A stretch of DNA of 64,000 bases, taken from assembly GCA_038230515.1 (NCBI GenBank), contig JBBRND010000004.1, positions 125,192 through 189,191 of the forward strand, written 5' to 3'. A program made the position numbers and the translations under genes. Below are positions 48,154 through 58,408 of this stretch, piece by piece. The notes beneath the pieces were generated by a model. It had not been told where the DNA came from, did not search any database, and was given only the letters and a program-made list of their open reading frames with translations. This DNA comes from Bacteroidia bacterium (GTDB lineage: Bacteria > Bacteroidota > Bacteroidia > AKYH767-A > 2013-40CM-41-45). Position 1 is the stretch's first letter; the number at the start of each line of letters is the position of its first letter.

Positions 48154-49275
48154 TTATTCAACACTATTGCTTACTATGGAATGAACAACTCCGTTCTCCA
48201 CTTCAAAAATCTGAATATCCACCTCAATGTCTTCAAAAATTTTCTTCACGCGCTCTGGATGTGTATCTGAAATAAAAATCTGCCCGAAGTTTTCCCTGCT
48301 TACCAATTCCATCAAGCGTTTCACTCTTGAATCATCGAGCTTGTCGAAAATGTCATCAAGAAGAAGAATGGGTTTTATATTTTTAATTTCTTTGATGAAA
48401 TCAAACTGCGCCAGCTTCAAGGCAATCAGAAAAGATTTCTGCTGACCTTGTGAAGCAAACCGTTTCACTGGAAAATTTCCGATAGAGAAAACCAAATCAT
48501 CTTTATGAATTCCAACCGTGCTGAACTGCATCATCCGATCCCTCTCCAATGCTGATTTAAGCGTGTCGGAAAACTTTCCATCCTGCAGATGCGATTCGTA
48601 AATGACTTCTACATTCTCCTTCGCTTCAGAAATGTATTTGTAATGATCCTGAAAAATTGGCGTGAAGCGCTCAATAAATTCATGCCGCTTCGCAAAAAGT
48701 TTTTCTGCAAGCGGGATCAATTGTTCGTCCCAGATTTCAAGTGAGGCAAGATCAAAACTTCTGCTTTGTGCAAACTGCTTAAGCAAGGCATTGCGGTGAG
48801 CAACTACTTTGTTGTAAGTAATCAGGTCATCGAGATACAGTTTGTCGTATTGAGAAATGATACTGTCAATAAATTTTCTGCGCTCTTCGCTTCCTTCTGT
48901 AATCAACATTGAATCAACAGGAGAAATCATAACCACAGGAAGCAAGCCGATGTGATCGGCCAGCCGTTCGTACTCTTTGTTGTTCCGTTTAAAAACTTTT
49001 CGCTGGTTGCGTTTCAGTCCACAATGAATTAATTCTTCAGAACCGTTCACTTCATAATTTCCCTGCACCATAAAAAACTCCGCACCGTGTTTGATGTTCT
49101 GATTGTCTGCCGGATTGAAATAACTTTTGCAAAGTGAGAGGTAATGAATGGCATCAAGTAGATTTGTCTTCCCCGAACCGTTATTACCTACAAAAGCATT
49201 TGCACCGCTGCTGAAATCCAGACCGGCATCAGCGTAGTTTTTGAAATTGAGGATGGAAAGTTTCTGCAAATACAT
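48154..49275 (-). CDS. recF: DNA replication and repair protein RecF
   Basis: NFKNY, GNNGSGKTNLLDAI, ERRKFID, GIHKDDL, SQGQQK, LLLDDIFDKLD. Confidence 0.97.
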   Translation of the reverse strand: MYLQKLSILNFKNYADAGLDFSSGANAFVGNNGSGKTNLLDAIHYLSLCKSYFNPADNQNIKHGAEFFMVQGNYEVNGSEELIHCGLKRNQRKVFKRNNKEYERLADHIGLLPVVMISPVDSMLITEGSEERRKFIDSIISQYDKLYLDDLITYNKVVAHRNALLKQFAQSRSFDLASLEIWDEQLIPLAEKLFAKRHEFIERFTPIFQDHYKYISEAKENVEVIYESHLQDGKFSDTLKSALERDRMMQFSTVGIHKDDLVFSIGNFPVKRFASQGQQKSFLIALKLAQFDFIKEIKNIKPILLLDDIFDKLDDSRVKRLMELVSRENFGQIFISDTHPERVKKIFEDIEVDIQIFEVENGVVHSIVSNSVE

Positions 49276-49398
49276 TGGGTTGCGAAGATACTAAATACGT
49301 ATACGTACGAATATACGAATGGATGCGGGGAGAAAATTAAATTCCTCCATTCAAATAATTCCACAGAAAGTTCGTTCTTTGAAAAATAATTCTTTGAA

Positions 49399-50274
49399 GT
49401 GAAATTGAAACGAATTGTATTTATTGTTCTGCTTGCGTTTTGTTTTTGCAAGGCATATTCTCAAAGCGGACAGGAGCGCGTGTTTCAATACAAAGATTCA
49501 CTCAATCATCTTGCGCGCAATATGCAGCGGGGAGAAAATGATTCTGTGCGCACTGCATCGCAAACGGTTTACTATTCCATTCTCAACTTTCTTCTTACGG
49601 ATTCATCTTCGTTCAATGCTTCTTTTGATTCAGTTCCGAATCTCTCGGTAAAAGCTTCTCCTGATAAAGCATTCCGATTGTACACATGGGTTGCAGCAAA
49701 CTACGAGGGTTCTGTTTACAGGTATCATGGATTTATTCAGACACAAAATCAACGCACCAAAAAAACAACGTTGATTCCGCTTGCTGATTCTACTGAGGTA
49801 ATTGAAAAACCGTTGAACAAAAAACTAAAACCTGATCACTGGTACGGTGCTGTTTATTACAGCATCATTTTGCAAATTCGCTCAGGAAAAAAGTTTTATA
49901 CGTTGCTGGGATGGAAAGGAAAAGATCAAGCGCTCACGCAGAAAGTGATGGATGTACTTTCTTTCGACAACGGCAAGCCATTATTCGGGCTACCTGTTTT
50001 TGAAGCAAAGAATGTTCTTTACCACCGCGTTATTTTTGAATTCACTGCGCAGGCAACAATGAGTTTGAAATTTGTGAGCGAAAAGAAAACAATCGTCTTT
50101 GATCACATCGGGCGATCAACGCTTACAGGGATTGTTGGACCGGAAGGAACATACGATGCATTTAAGTTCGACAAAGATCATTGGGAACTTTCGGAAGATG
50201 TAGATGTGGACAATGGTTTTACTCCAAAGAAAAAAGAAGTGAGACTTTTCAAGGATGAAGAACTCAAGAAATAG
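49399..50274 (+). CDS. Conserved secreted hypothetical protein
   Basis: Signal peptide; SPD..FRLYTW, WYGAVYY, YTLLGW, IVFDH, GPEGTYDA. Confidence 0.75.
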   Translation: MKLKRIVFIVLLAFCFCKAYSQSGQERVFQYKDSLNHLARNMQRGENDSVRTASQTVYYSILNFLLTDSSSFNASFDSVPNLSVKASPDKAFRLYTWVAANYEGSVYRYHGFIQTQNQRTKKTTLIPLADSTEVIEKPLNKKLKPDHWYGAVYYSIILQIRSGKKFYTLLGWKGKDQALTQKVMDVLSFDNGKPLFGLPVFEAKNVLYHRVIFEFTAQATMSLKFVSEKKTIVFDHIGRSTLTGIVGPEGTYDAFKFDKDHWELSEDVDVDNGFTPKKKEVRLFKDEELKK

Positions 50275-50367
50275 TTAATTGGTTGATTAAGTTAATTGAG
50301 TTGATTGGAAAATCCGGGAATCACTTTTTACCTATTCAACTTAATTCACTCAATCAACTTAGTCAAC
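50274..50367. repeat. Inverted pair of 9-bp tandem repeat arrays
   Basis: 4 x GTTRATTRR (50274-50308) facing 4 x YYAATYAAC-like units (50332-50367). Confidence 0.8.
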
Positions 50368-50371
50368 AAAG

Positions 50372-50977
50372 ATGCTGCTCTCTTATTTTCAAACTGAACT
50401 CACCGAAGCCGGTTGCGATGAAGCAGGCCGCGGATGTCTTGCGGGACCCGTGTTTGCTGCTGCTGTAATTCTTCCGAAAGATTTTCGTCATCCGGTGTTG
50501 AATGATTCAAAACAACTCACGCATAAGCAGCGCGAAGAACTCCGCCCAGTCATTGAGGAAAGTGCCATTGCATTTGCAGTTGCAAAAGTTGATCATTCAG
50601 AAATTGATGAAATCAATATTCTGAATGCTTCGTTTCTTGCCATGCACCGTGCTCTCAACAAACTAAAACACAAACCGGAACTCCTGATCATTGACGGAAA
50701 CCGTTTTAAGAAATACAAAGACATTCCTCACCAATGCATCGTGGAGGGCGATGCAAAATATTTAAGTATTGCTGCCGCATCAGTTCTTGCAAAAACATAC
50801 CGCGATGATTTTATGCTGGCGTTACACAAAAAATTCCCTCACTACTCCTGGAATAAAAACAAAGGATACGGAACCCGCGAACATCGTGCAGCCATTGAGC
50901 AACATGGCGTGAATGAATTTCACCGGAAAAGCTTCAGGTTGCTGCCCGATCAGTTGGAGGTTGAGTTTAGAGGGTAG
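50372..50977 (+). CDS. rnhB: Ribonuclease HII
   Basis: [43 protein letters not shown]. Confidence 0.97.
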   Translation: MLLSYFQTELTEAGCDEAGRGCLAGPVFAAAVILPKDFRHPVLNDSKQLTHKQREELRPVIEESAIAFAVAKVDHSEIDEINILNASFLAMHRALNKLKHKPELLIIDGNRFKKYKDIPHQCIVEGDAKYLSIAAASVLAKTYRDDFMLALHKKFPHYSWNKNKGYGTREHRAAIEQHGVNEFHRKSFRLLPDQLEVEFRG

Positions 50978-51065
50978 TTTCCGCTTCCTTTTCAACATGA
51001 CTTTGTACACAAGTAGGCACCACAATTTCTCTTTGCTCTATCTGTACGGATAGCTTTGCAGAAAT

Positions 51066-53762
51066 ATGAATCGTCTTGTTGGTGCCTCTGTGCTAACTCT
51101 CATTCTGCTCGCAATGCTTGCTACGGGAGTTTATTTTTATCAGCGCTACTCCATTATTCTCCTCGACCCCATGCGGGCAGTCCCGAATGACGCGGCTGTA
51201 ATTGTTGAAGTAAAAAATCCTTCTGCATCTCTCCATAATTTTTTCTCAGGATCGTTCCGCAAAAACATGAGAGATGATAAATGGATGGAGGAGCAGGAAA
51301 AAAGATATTTACTGTTCGATTCATTGCTGAAACAGGATGGCGATGTTTCTGAAATATGGGAAGATCAATCGCTCGTGATTTCCACGCACCTGGTGAAAGC
51401 AGGCACTTTTGATTTTCTCTACCTCACCAATCTTCCACGTGGATGGACAGAACAAAAGCTGAAAAAATTTATTGAGCTGACATGGGGACTGAAGAATGAA
51501 TTTTCGAAACGGGAATATGAAAACGTAAACCTCTACGAGTCGCGCGTGAATGATTCAACCGACTTTACTTTTGCATCAGATAAAAGTGTAGCAATGTTCA
51601 GCTTCTCATCCCTGCTCGTTGAGCAAGCCATCAGGCAGTTGAAACATGGAGATGGAATCGTCATCACGAAATCGTTCCGAAAAGTTATTCCTCCCGCTTC
51701 TGCCGGACCTTCCATTCAGATTTACGTGAACAACCAATCGTTTGGAGATATTGCCACTTCCATTTCTACTGACTTTGGAAATCAGTTTTTCAAAATGTCT
51801 TCTTTGTTTGCAAGATGGAGCGGATATAAATTAGAAGATGATTCGGAATTTCTTCTTCTGAAAGGAAGTACCACTACGTTTGACACTACAGATCATCTTT
51901 CCTTTTTAAGAAACCAGAAACCGCAGTTGATGAATGTGGCTGCTATTGCTCCTTCGCGTACAGCACTATTGTACGAATTCAGTTGTACAAATTTTCCTGA
52001 ATATTATAGTCATCTCAAATCAAATTCAGGATTATCGCTCAATTCAGATGATCAGAAAAAAGTGCTGACTGATTTGCAGAAAAAATATACTGTTTCGTTT
52101 GAAAGCAGTTTCACTTCGTGGATCGGCAATGAAATGGCTTTGGTAATTACGGAGCCGGCAGGGAACTCGATTGATAACAATGTATATGGATGTGTGAGAG
52201 CAAAAGATATTACGCAGGCAGTGAATCAACTCAACCTGCTGCGCGATGCGGTGACAAAACAATCAGGGATGAATTTACCTGAAGAAAAATACAGAAACTA
52301 TTCTATCTCTTCCATCAGCGTGAAAGGAATTATTCCTCTTTTGTTCGGGCAAGTATTTTCGCGCCTGTCGAATTGCTACTACACTTCGTTAAATGGCTAC
52401 CTTGTTTTTGCAAATCAATCTTCTTCTTTAAAATCATTCATTGATGAAAACATGGAAGCAAAAGTTTTATCGAAAGATGTTTTGTTTCACGATGCTGCCG
52501 ATCATCTTGATGGCTCATGCAATGCGATGCTGTTTGTAAATCCGGAGCGGTCAACGAATCTTTATCTTCCCTCTCAGGTAAATTCTTTTCTACCGACACT
52601 CTACAAATGCAGTGGCATTTATTCACAATGGACTTACAGCGGGGCATCCATCCAATCACAAATCCTTTTTGACTTTCATAAAAAAACAATGAAGGAACCT
52701 GTTCTGTTCTGGTCCACGCAGTTGGATACTGTTCTCTCCTCCATACCGGTTACAATAAATGATGAACAGGGACGTGCTTTTCTTTTTGTACAGGACGCAA
52801 AAAATAATTTTTACAAGATTGACGAATCGGGAAATATAGTGTGGAAGAAAAATCTTGAATCAAAAATCCGTTCTGAAATTTTCGCAGTTGATTTTTATCA
52901 TGACGGCAGGCATCAGCTTTTATTCAATACTGAAAAGCAATTATTTCTTTTCGATCTTGAAGGGAATAACACCGGCAACTACCCGATAAGGCTTCCGGCA
53001 TCAGCAACAAACGGTTGTTGCCTCTTGCCTTCTTCATCGGGCTTCAACATGTATGTGGCTTGCAGCAATCATTTCATTTATGCTTATGAGGCAGGCGGCA
53101 AGCCGGTGATTGATTGGAATTACATTCATACAGAATCTTTGGTAAATAAACCAATTCAATCATTTTCCATTTTGCAAAACTCTTACCTGATTGTTTCTGA
53201 AGACAACGGAACAGTTTCCGTAACCGACAAAAAAGGAAATCAGAAAATTTCTTTCAAAGATAAATTCTATCAATCGGTAAACGGAAGGAGTTTTGTTTCC
53301 GAAGCTGATTCATCAGGAAATGTAAAATGGATTACCACTGATAGTACAGGTGCTGTTATTCTATTTTCACTTGCAGGAGAAGTTTCAAAAAAAGAAACTG
53401 AATCATTCTCGCCAACTCATAAATTTGTTTATACAAAATATGCCGGTTCATCGGAAGGAGAACTGTTTTTTTCTGACAGCACAATGCTCGGCATTTTTAC
53501 AGAAAGGGGGCAAAAAGAATGGACGAAACCCAACTCAACATTTATATCGTTGGTTTCATCGGTGCGACTTCCAGATGGCACCAATGGTTTCCTTGTGTCA
53601 TCATCAGGCAATGATGTTTTCTTTCTCCTCAATTCAAAAGGAGAAACTGAAAAAGGATTTCCGCTGAAAGGAAGCATCAATCCGGTGATGACAGAAATGA
53701 ATCGTGCAGTAATTATATGCGGAAACAAAGAAGGAATTGTGAATTGCTACAAGACGGAGTGA
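51066..53762 (+). CDS. Large membrane-anchored hypothetical protein (DUF3352-like, C-terminal beta-propeller)
   Basis: N-terminal TM anchor, 898 aa, C-terminal G..W/GFP-type propeller repeats. Confidence 0.65.
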   Translation: MNRLVGASVLTLILLAMLATGVYFYQRYSIILLDPMRAVPNDAAVIVEVKNPSASLHNFFSGSFRKNMRDDKWMEEQEKRYLLFDSLLKQDGDVSEIWEDQSLVISTHLVKAGTFDFLYLTNLPRGWTEQKLKKFIELTWGLKNEFSKREYENVNLYESRVNDSTDFTFASDKSVAMFSFSSLLVEQAIRQLKHGDGIVITKSFRKVIPPASAGPSIQIYVNNQSFGDIATSISTDFGNQFFKMSSLFARWSGYKLEDDSEFLLLKGSTTTFDTTDHLSFLRNQKPQLMNVAAIAPSRTALLYEFSCTNFPEYYSHLKSNSGLSLNSDDQKKVLTDLQKKYTVSFESSFTSWIGNEMALVITEPAGNSIDNNVYGCVRAKDITQAVNQLNLLRDAVTKQSGMNLPEEKYRNYSISSISVKGIIPLLFGQVFSRLSNCYYTSLNGYLVFANQSSSLKSFIDENMEAKVLSKDVLFHDAADHLDGSCNAMLFVNPERSTNLYLPSQVNSFLPTLYKCSGIYSQWTYSGASIQSQILFDFHKKTMKEPVLFWSTQLDTVLSSIPVTINDEQGRAFLFVQDAKNNFYKIDESGNIVWKKNLESKIRSEIFAVDFYHDGRHQLLFNTEKQLFLFDLEGNNTGNYPIRLPASATNGCCLLPSSSGFNMYVACSNHFIYAYEAGGKPVIDWNYIHTESLVNKPIQSFSILQNSYLIVSEDNGTVSVTDKKGNQKISFKDKFYQSVNGRSFVSEADSSGNVKWITTDSTGAVILFSLAGEVSKKETESFSPTHKFVYTKYAGSSEGELFFSDSTMLGIFTERGQKEWTKPNSTFISLVSSVRLPDGTNGFLVSSSGNDVFFLLNSKGETEKGFPLKGSINPVMTEMNRAVIICGNKEGIVNCYKTE

Positions 53763-53942
53763 ACAGCTAAATATGGAATTTCTTATTCCCGATTTTGAAT
53801 TTACAACCAAAAAGAATTCCAACATTTCATCGTTACAACATTCCATAAGTGCAAACTTTATATTCTATTCTTCCTTTATATTTGCAGTGAAATAAAGTCA
53901 AAAACACAGGTCATACATTTATTCTTACTATAAACCACCACT

Positions 53943-56261
53943 ATGAAAAAACTCTACATCATTCTCTTTTTCGTTCTGATGATTACATCAGCCCGCTCGC
54001 AGGAAATGCTTGGTATTGCAAACAGTAATTATGCCGGCACAAACGGACTAAGTTTAAATCCAAGTTCAATGGTTGATTCCCGATTGGAAACTGATGTAAA
54101 CCTGTTGACAATTGGCGTGAGTGCAGACAATGACTACCTTTTTATTCCAAAAGACAGTTTAAAATTTTTCGGTTTCAAACGCATTGTGGACCTATCTGGC
54201 AATCGCGGATATCTCGATAAATTTAGTTTCGGCAGCACCAACAAAGAGTATAGCGCAACAGAGTATGCAACAGTAAGAGGTCCGTCTGCAATTTTTCACG
54301 TTAAAAAACACTGGATCGGGCTTGTATCACAGATGCGTGCCGGAACTTCAATCAGTGGTGTTGGAGCTCCTATTGCAAAGTTTGCTTACGAAAAAGATGG
54401 CCTGAAATATCATCCGCTCCAAGAAGCCACTTTTACGGATCCAGCATTCGATATTGCTGCCATGGTATGGAGCGAAATCGGCTTGAGTTACGGGCATGAG
54501 ATTTATAATAAAGACCAACATTATTTGAAAGGTGCATTTACTGTGAAGCGTTTGTTTGGATACGGTTCGGCATTTGTGAAGAACAGGGGAATGATTTACA
54601 ACGTAACAAGTGATTCTCTTTTTACAATTACTAAAGCAGACGTCCAATATGGTCACTCATTTGACAATGACGTTAAGAACACTCATTATAAAGACTTGGT
54701 GAATGGAACAGGATGGGGATTCGATTTCGGACTAGCGTACGAGTACCGTCCAAAATATGAGGAAACAAGATATGAAATAGATGGGGCGAAAATAGAAGAC
54801 CCATTGCAAAATCATTACAAGTTGCGGGTGGGTTTAAGCGTTTACGACATTGGCAAAATAACTTTCAAGCAGGACGCAGGATTGTTTGATCTTAGTCAAT
54901 CTACCGGCTCTTTTTGGACTAAATACGATACCATTAATTTTAGTAGCATCAATGACTTTGATAAACGGGTGAGCGCATACTCATTTAATGGAGATTCGAC
55001 TGCCTCGCACAAAGCAGACCAATATTCTGTGGGACTGCCTCATGCTTTAAGTATGCAGGTTGATTACAACATTTGGAAAGGAGCGTATGCAAACCTTACG
55101 TGGATACAAAGAATAAAGAATGACAATGTTTCACTCGTTGCAGCTAATTTAATTTCCATTACTCCGCGTTACGAATGGGATTGGCTTGAAGTAGCAGTTC
55201 CACTCTCCATGTATCAATATTCTGCTTTCCGCGCGGGGCTTGCGTTCCGGCTTGGAAGTTTGATCATTGGTTCTGATAAATTCGGAAGCTTGCTCGGCTT
55301 GAGCGATCTCGGAGGAATGGATGTGTATCTCGGTTTGAAATTCTCACTCCCCCGCAAGCGCATTAAAGACAGCGATGGTGATGGCGTTTCTGACAAGAGA
55401 GATAAATGCAAAATGGATCGTGGCACATGGGCTACGCTTGGTTGTCCTGATCGTGATGGAGATGGTATTCTTGATAAAGAAGATGCATGTCCTGATGTAA
55501 AAGGCATTGCTAAGTTCCAGGGTTGTCCTGATACAGATGGTGATGGCATACAAGATAAGGATGACGATTGTCCATTGGTGGCAGGTTTGCCGCAGTTCAA
55601 AGGTTGTCCGGATACAGATGGTGACGGCATTCCTGATCCACAGGATTCATGCCCAACTGTTGCAGGTATTCCAGAGTTTGATGGTTGCCCTGATACAGAT
55701 GGCGATCACATTCCAGACAAGAACGACTCCTGCCCTACCGAAAAAGGGTTGCTGCAATTCAACGGTTGTCCTGATACAGACGGTGATGGTTTGATTGATA
55801 AAATAGACTCTTGTCCGCAGGTTCCGGGACCTGCATCCAATCACGGTTGTCCTGTAGTAGAAAAAGTAGAGCCGAAGAAGGAACCTACTAAAGTTGAACT
55901 CACTAAAGAAGAAGAGGATGTGATCAACAAAGTATTTAAGAATCTTGAATTCGAAACCGGCAAGGCAGTCATACGCGATGCATCGTTTGCTTCTCTCAAT
56001 GAGCTCAGTGTGTTAATGAAGAAGAAACCGAAATTCAAATTGTTGATTGACGGTCATACAGACAATGTTGGCAAGGCACCTTACAACATGAAGCTTTCTC
56101 AAAACCGTGCTGATGCGGTAAAGAAATATTTAGTTGAAAAAGGAATTGATCCTTCAAGAATAACTGCCAAGGGTTATGGTATGACGAAACCGGTTGCTTC
56201 AAACAAAACTCCTGAAGGTCGCCAGAAAAACCGCAGGGTTGAGTTTACAATTGTTGAATAA
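53943..56261 (+). CDS. DUF5723-type beta-barrel + TSP3 Ca-binding repeats + OmpA peptidoglycan-binding domain
   Basis: SNYAG...NPS; about 6 GCPDTDGDG..D..D.CP repeats; GHTDNVG, LSQNRA, NRRVEF. Confidence 0.9.
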   Translation: MKKLYIILFFVLMITSARSQEMLGIANSNYAGTNGLSLNPSSMVDSRLETDVNLLTIGVSADNDYLFIPKDSLKFFGFKRIVDLSGNRGYLDKFSFGSTNKEYSATEYATVRGPSAIFHVKKHWIGLVSQMRAGTSISGVGAPIAKFAYEKDGLKYHPLQEATFTDPAFDIAAMVWSEIGLSYGHEIYNKDQHYLKGAFTVKRLFGYGSAFVKNRGMIYNVTSDSLFTITKADVQYGHSFDNDVKNTHYKDLVNGTGWGFDFGLAYEYRPKYEETRYEIDGAKIEDPLQNHYKLRVGLSVYDIGKITFKQDAGLFDLSQSTGSFWTKYDTINFSSINDFDKRVSAYSFNGDSTASHKADQYSVGLPHALSMQVDYNIWKGAYANLTWIQRIKNDNVSLVAANLISITPRYEWDWLEVAVPLSMYQYSAFRAGLAFRLGSLIIGSDKFGSLLGLSDLGGMDVYLGLKFSLPRKRIKDSDGDGVSDKRDKCKMDRGTWATLGCPDRDGDGILDKEDACPDVKGIAKFQGCPDTDGDGIQDKDDDCPLVAGLPQFKGCPDTDGDGIPDPQDSCPTVAGIPEFDGCPDTDGDHIPDKNDSCPTEKGLLQFNGCPDTDGDGLIDKIDSCPQVPGPASNHGCPVVEKVEPKKEPTKVELTKEEEDVINKVFKNLEFETGKAVIRDASFASLNELSVLMKKKPKFKLLIDGHTDNVGKAPYNMKLSQNRADAVKKYLVEKGIDPSRITAKGYGMTKPVASNKTPEGRQKNRRVEFTIVE

Positions 56262-56291
56262 TTAATCCTCCAACAGGAGGGAATAAATTAA

Positions 56292-56328
56292 TGACAAGGG
56301 CTGCTTTGATTGGCAGCCCTTGTTAATT
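56292..56328 (+). terminator. Stem-loop/terminator after the OmpA-family gene
   Basis: TGACAAGGGCTGC-TTTGATTG-GCAGCCCTTGTTA. Confidence 0.7.
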
Positions 56329-56420
56329 TGAAAGGCATGTTTGTTTGAAATTAATATTTTTGCAGAACTTTTATTTTGGTTGTTTAATTACCAGTTACAT
56401 ACTGCTTACCGCCTCCTGAA

Positions 56421-57710
56421 ATGAGTGCCTTAACCATTGTCATCATCACTCTCATTGCTTCTGCGCTTGCATCCGGCACTGAGATTGCTTTTCTCTCAGC
56501 AAACAAATTCCGAATTGAACTTGACCGCAAGCAGGGCGCCTTTCCTGCGCGCATTATCTGGAATTTTGTAAAGAATCCCTCGCACTTTATTGCCACCATG
56601 TTATTGGCGAATAATGTGGCGCTGGTTATTTACGGAATTGCCATGAGCGAAGAAATTCTCACTCCTGAACGTTTGCAGAATTATCTTCCTGCTGCCATGC
56701 ATACACAAGCGTGGACGCTGGTTGTGCAAACGTTTTTCTCAACGTTGTTGATTTTAGTTGCTGCGGAATTTATTCCTAAAGTTCTTTTCCGTATTGACCC
56801 CAATCGCATTCTCAATTTTCTCGCACTCCCAATTCAACTCATCTATTATTTTCTCTATCCCGTAGTGATTTTCATTCTGGGCATTTCAAAATTTGTATTG
56901 AAGAAAATTGTGCGCGTGGAATTTGCTGAGGAGAAACCCGTGTTCGGAAGAGTAGATCTTGACTTTTACATCCGCGACCTCAGCACCAAGAATAATCAGG
57001 AAGAAGAAATGAATGCCGGCATACAAATGTTTCAGAATGCGCTTGACTTCACTCAGGTTCGTGTGCGCGAGTGCATGGTTCCGCGCAAAGAAATTGTTGC
57101 TATACAGGTAGAGGAGCCGATTGAAAACCTCCTGAAACTTTTTACGGAAACAAAACATTCACGCATACTCGTGTATCGCGAATCCATTGACAATATTACC
57201 GGCTTTGTACACAGCAGCGAAATGTTCAAGCAGCCGGCAGACATTACAAGCACTCTTTTACCTATTGCTATCGTGCCCGAAGTAATGGCCGCAAATGAAC
57301 TGCTGCAGCTTTTCATTGATCAACATCGTACTATTGCAGTAGTCGTTGACGAGTTTGGCGGCACGGCAGGAGTGGTTACGATGGAAGATGTGATGGAAGA
57401 AATTTTCGGAGAGATGCAGGATGAGCATGATGTTACTGAAACCACTGAAAAGAAAATAAGCAATACGGAATTTATTTTCAGCGGACGACTGAAAATCGAT
57501 TCGCTCAATAAAAAATACGAACTCCGTATTCCAAAAGGCGAAGGAGAAGGATATGAAACCCTCGCAGGGTTTATCTTTCATCATCATGAAAACATTCCTC
57601 TGGCCAATGAGGAAATAATTATCTCTCCTTTTATATTTACTATCATGTATGTAAAAGACAACAGGATTGAACTGGTGCGCATGAAGGTGGAAAGAGAGAA
57701 AGCTAATTAG
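56421..57710 (+). CDS. HlyC/CorC (CNNM-CBS-CorC) family transporter
   Basis: SGTEIAF, AEFIPK, VRECMVPR, HSRI, VVDEFGGTAGVVTMED, YETLAG. Confidence 0.9.
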   Translation: MSALTIVIITLIASALASGTEIAFLSANKFRIELDRKQGAFPARIIWNFVKNPSHFIATMLLANNVALVIYGIAMSEEILTPERLQNYLPAAMHTQAWTLVVQTFFSTLLILVAAEFIPKVLFRIDPNRILNFLALPIQLIYYFLYPVVIFILGISKFVLKKIVRVEFAEEKPVFGRVDLDFYIRDLSTKNNQEEEMNAGIQMFQNALDFTQVRVRECMVPRKEIVAIQVEEPIENLLKLFTETKHSRILVYRESIDNITGFVHSSEMFKQPADITSTLLPIAIVPEVMAANELLQLFIDQHRTIAVVVDEFGGTAGVVTMEDVMEEIFGEMQDEHDVTETTEKKISNTEFIFSGRLKIDSLNKKYELRIPKGEGEGYETLAGFIFHHHENIPLANEEIIISPFIFTIMYVKDNRIELVRMKVEREKAN

Positions 57711-57779
57711 AAAAGATCCGTACTTCATTTTTCAAAAACCCGAGCATACGAAAAATGAAATTCTAATTAAAAGATAAAT

Positions 57780-58403
57780 ATGCCTTCAAAAGACAAACGC
57801 ATAGACACTTACATAACAAAAGCGCTGCCCTTCGCGCAGCCCGTCCTGAAAAAGCTGCGCGAACTGGTTCATAAAGCATGTCCTGAAGTAACCGAGACAA
57901 TTAAATGGGGAATGCCGAGCTTTGAATACAAAGGACCGATGTTCGGGTTTGCGGCCTTCAAGCAACACTGCGTGGCCATGTTCTGGAAATCAAACCTGCT
58001 CAATGATCCGAACGGGGATCTGAAAGAGCGTGCCAACAAAGGTGGAGAAGCAATGGGTAATATGGGTCGCATGACTTCGTTAAAAGATTTACCTCCCGAC
58101 AAAGCAATTATTGATTTCGTAAAGCAACACATGAAGCTAAATAACGAAGGAATTAAGATTGAAAAAAAAACAAAGCCCAAAAAGGAACTTCTTGTACCAG
58201 AAGAATTAACCGAAGCTATCAGCAAAAATAAAAAGGCAAAAGAAACTTTTGAAAATTTTTCACCTTCTAATAAGAGGGAATATGTAGATTGGATTTCTGA
58301 AGCTAAAACTCCAGCTACAAAAAATAAAAGATTGGAAGAAGCTGTTCAATGGATGAGCGAAGGAAAGCCAAGGTTGTGGAAGTATCTGAAAGAATATAAA
58401 TAG
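57780..58403 (+). CDS. YdeI/OmpD-associated (DUF1801) protein
   Basis: ETIKWGMP, AFKQH, FSPS..REY..WI..AK...T...R. Confidence 0.85.
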   Translation: MPSKDKRIDTYITKALPFAQPVLKKLRELVHKACPEVTETIKWGMPSFEYKGPMFGFAAFKQHCVAMFWKSNLLNDPNGDLKERANKGGEAMGNMGRMTSLKDLPPDKAIIDFVKQHMKLNNEGIKIEKKTKPKKELLVPEELTEAISKNKKAKETFENFSPSNKREYVDWISEAKTPATKNKRLEEAVQWMSEGKPRLWKYLKEYK

Positions 58404-58408
58404 CAATA

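Noticed and set aside
55370-55850. Tandem DNA repeats GGTTGTCCTGATACAGATGG
   Set aside because: These are ordinary coding TSP3 repeats of an OmpA-family protein.
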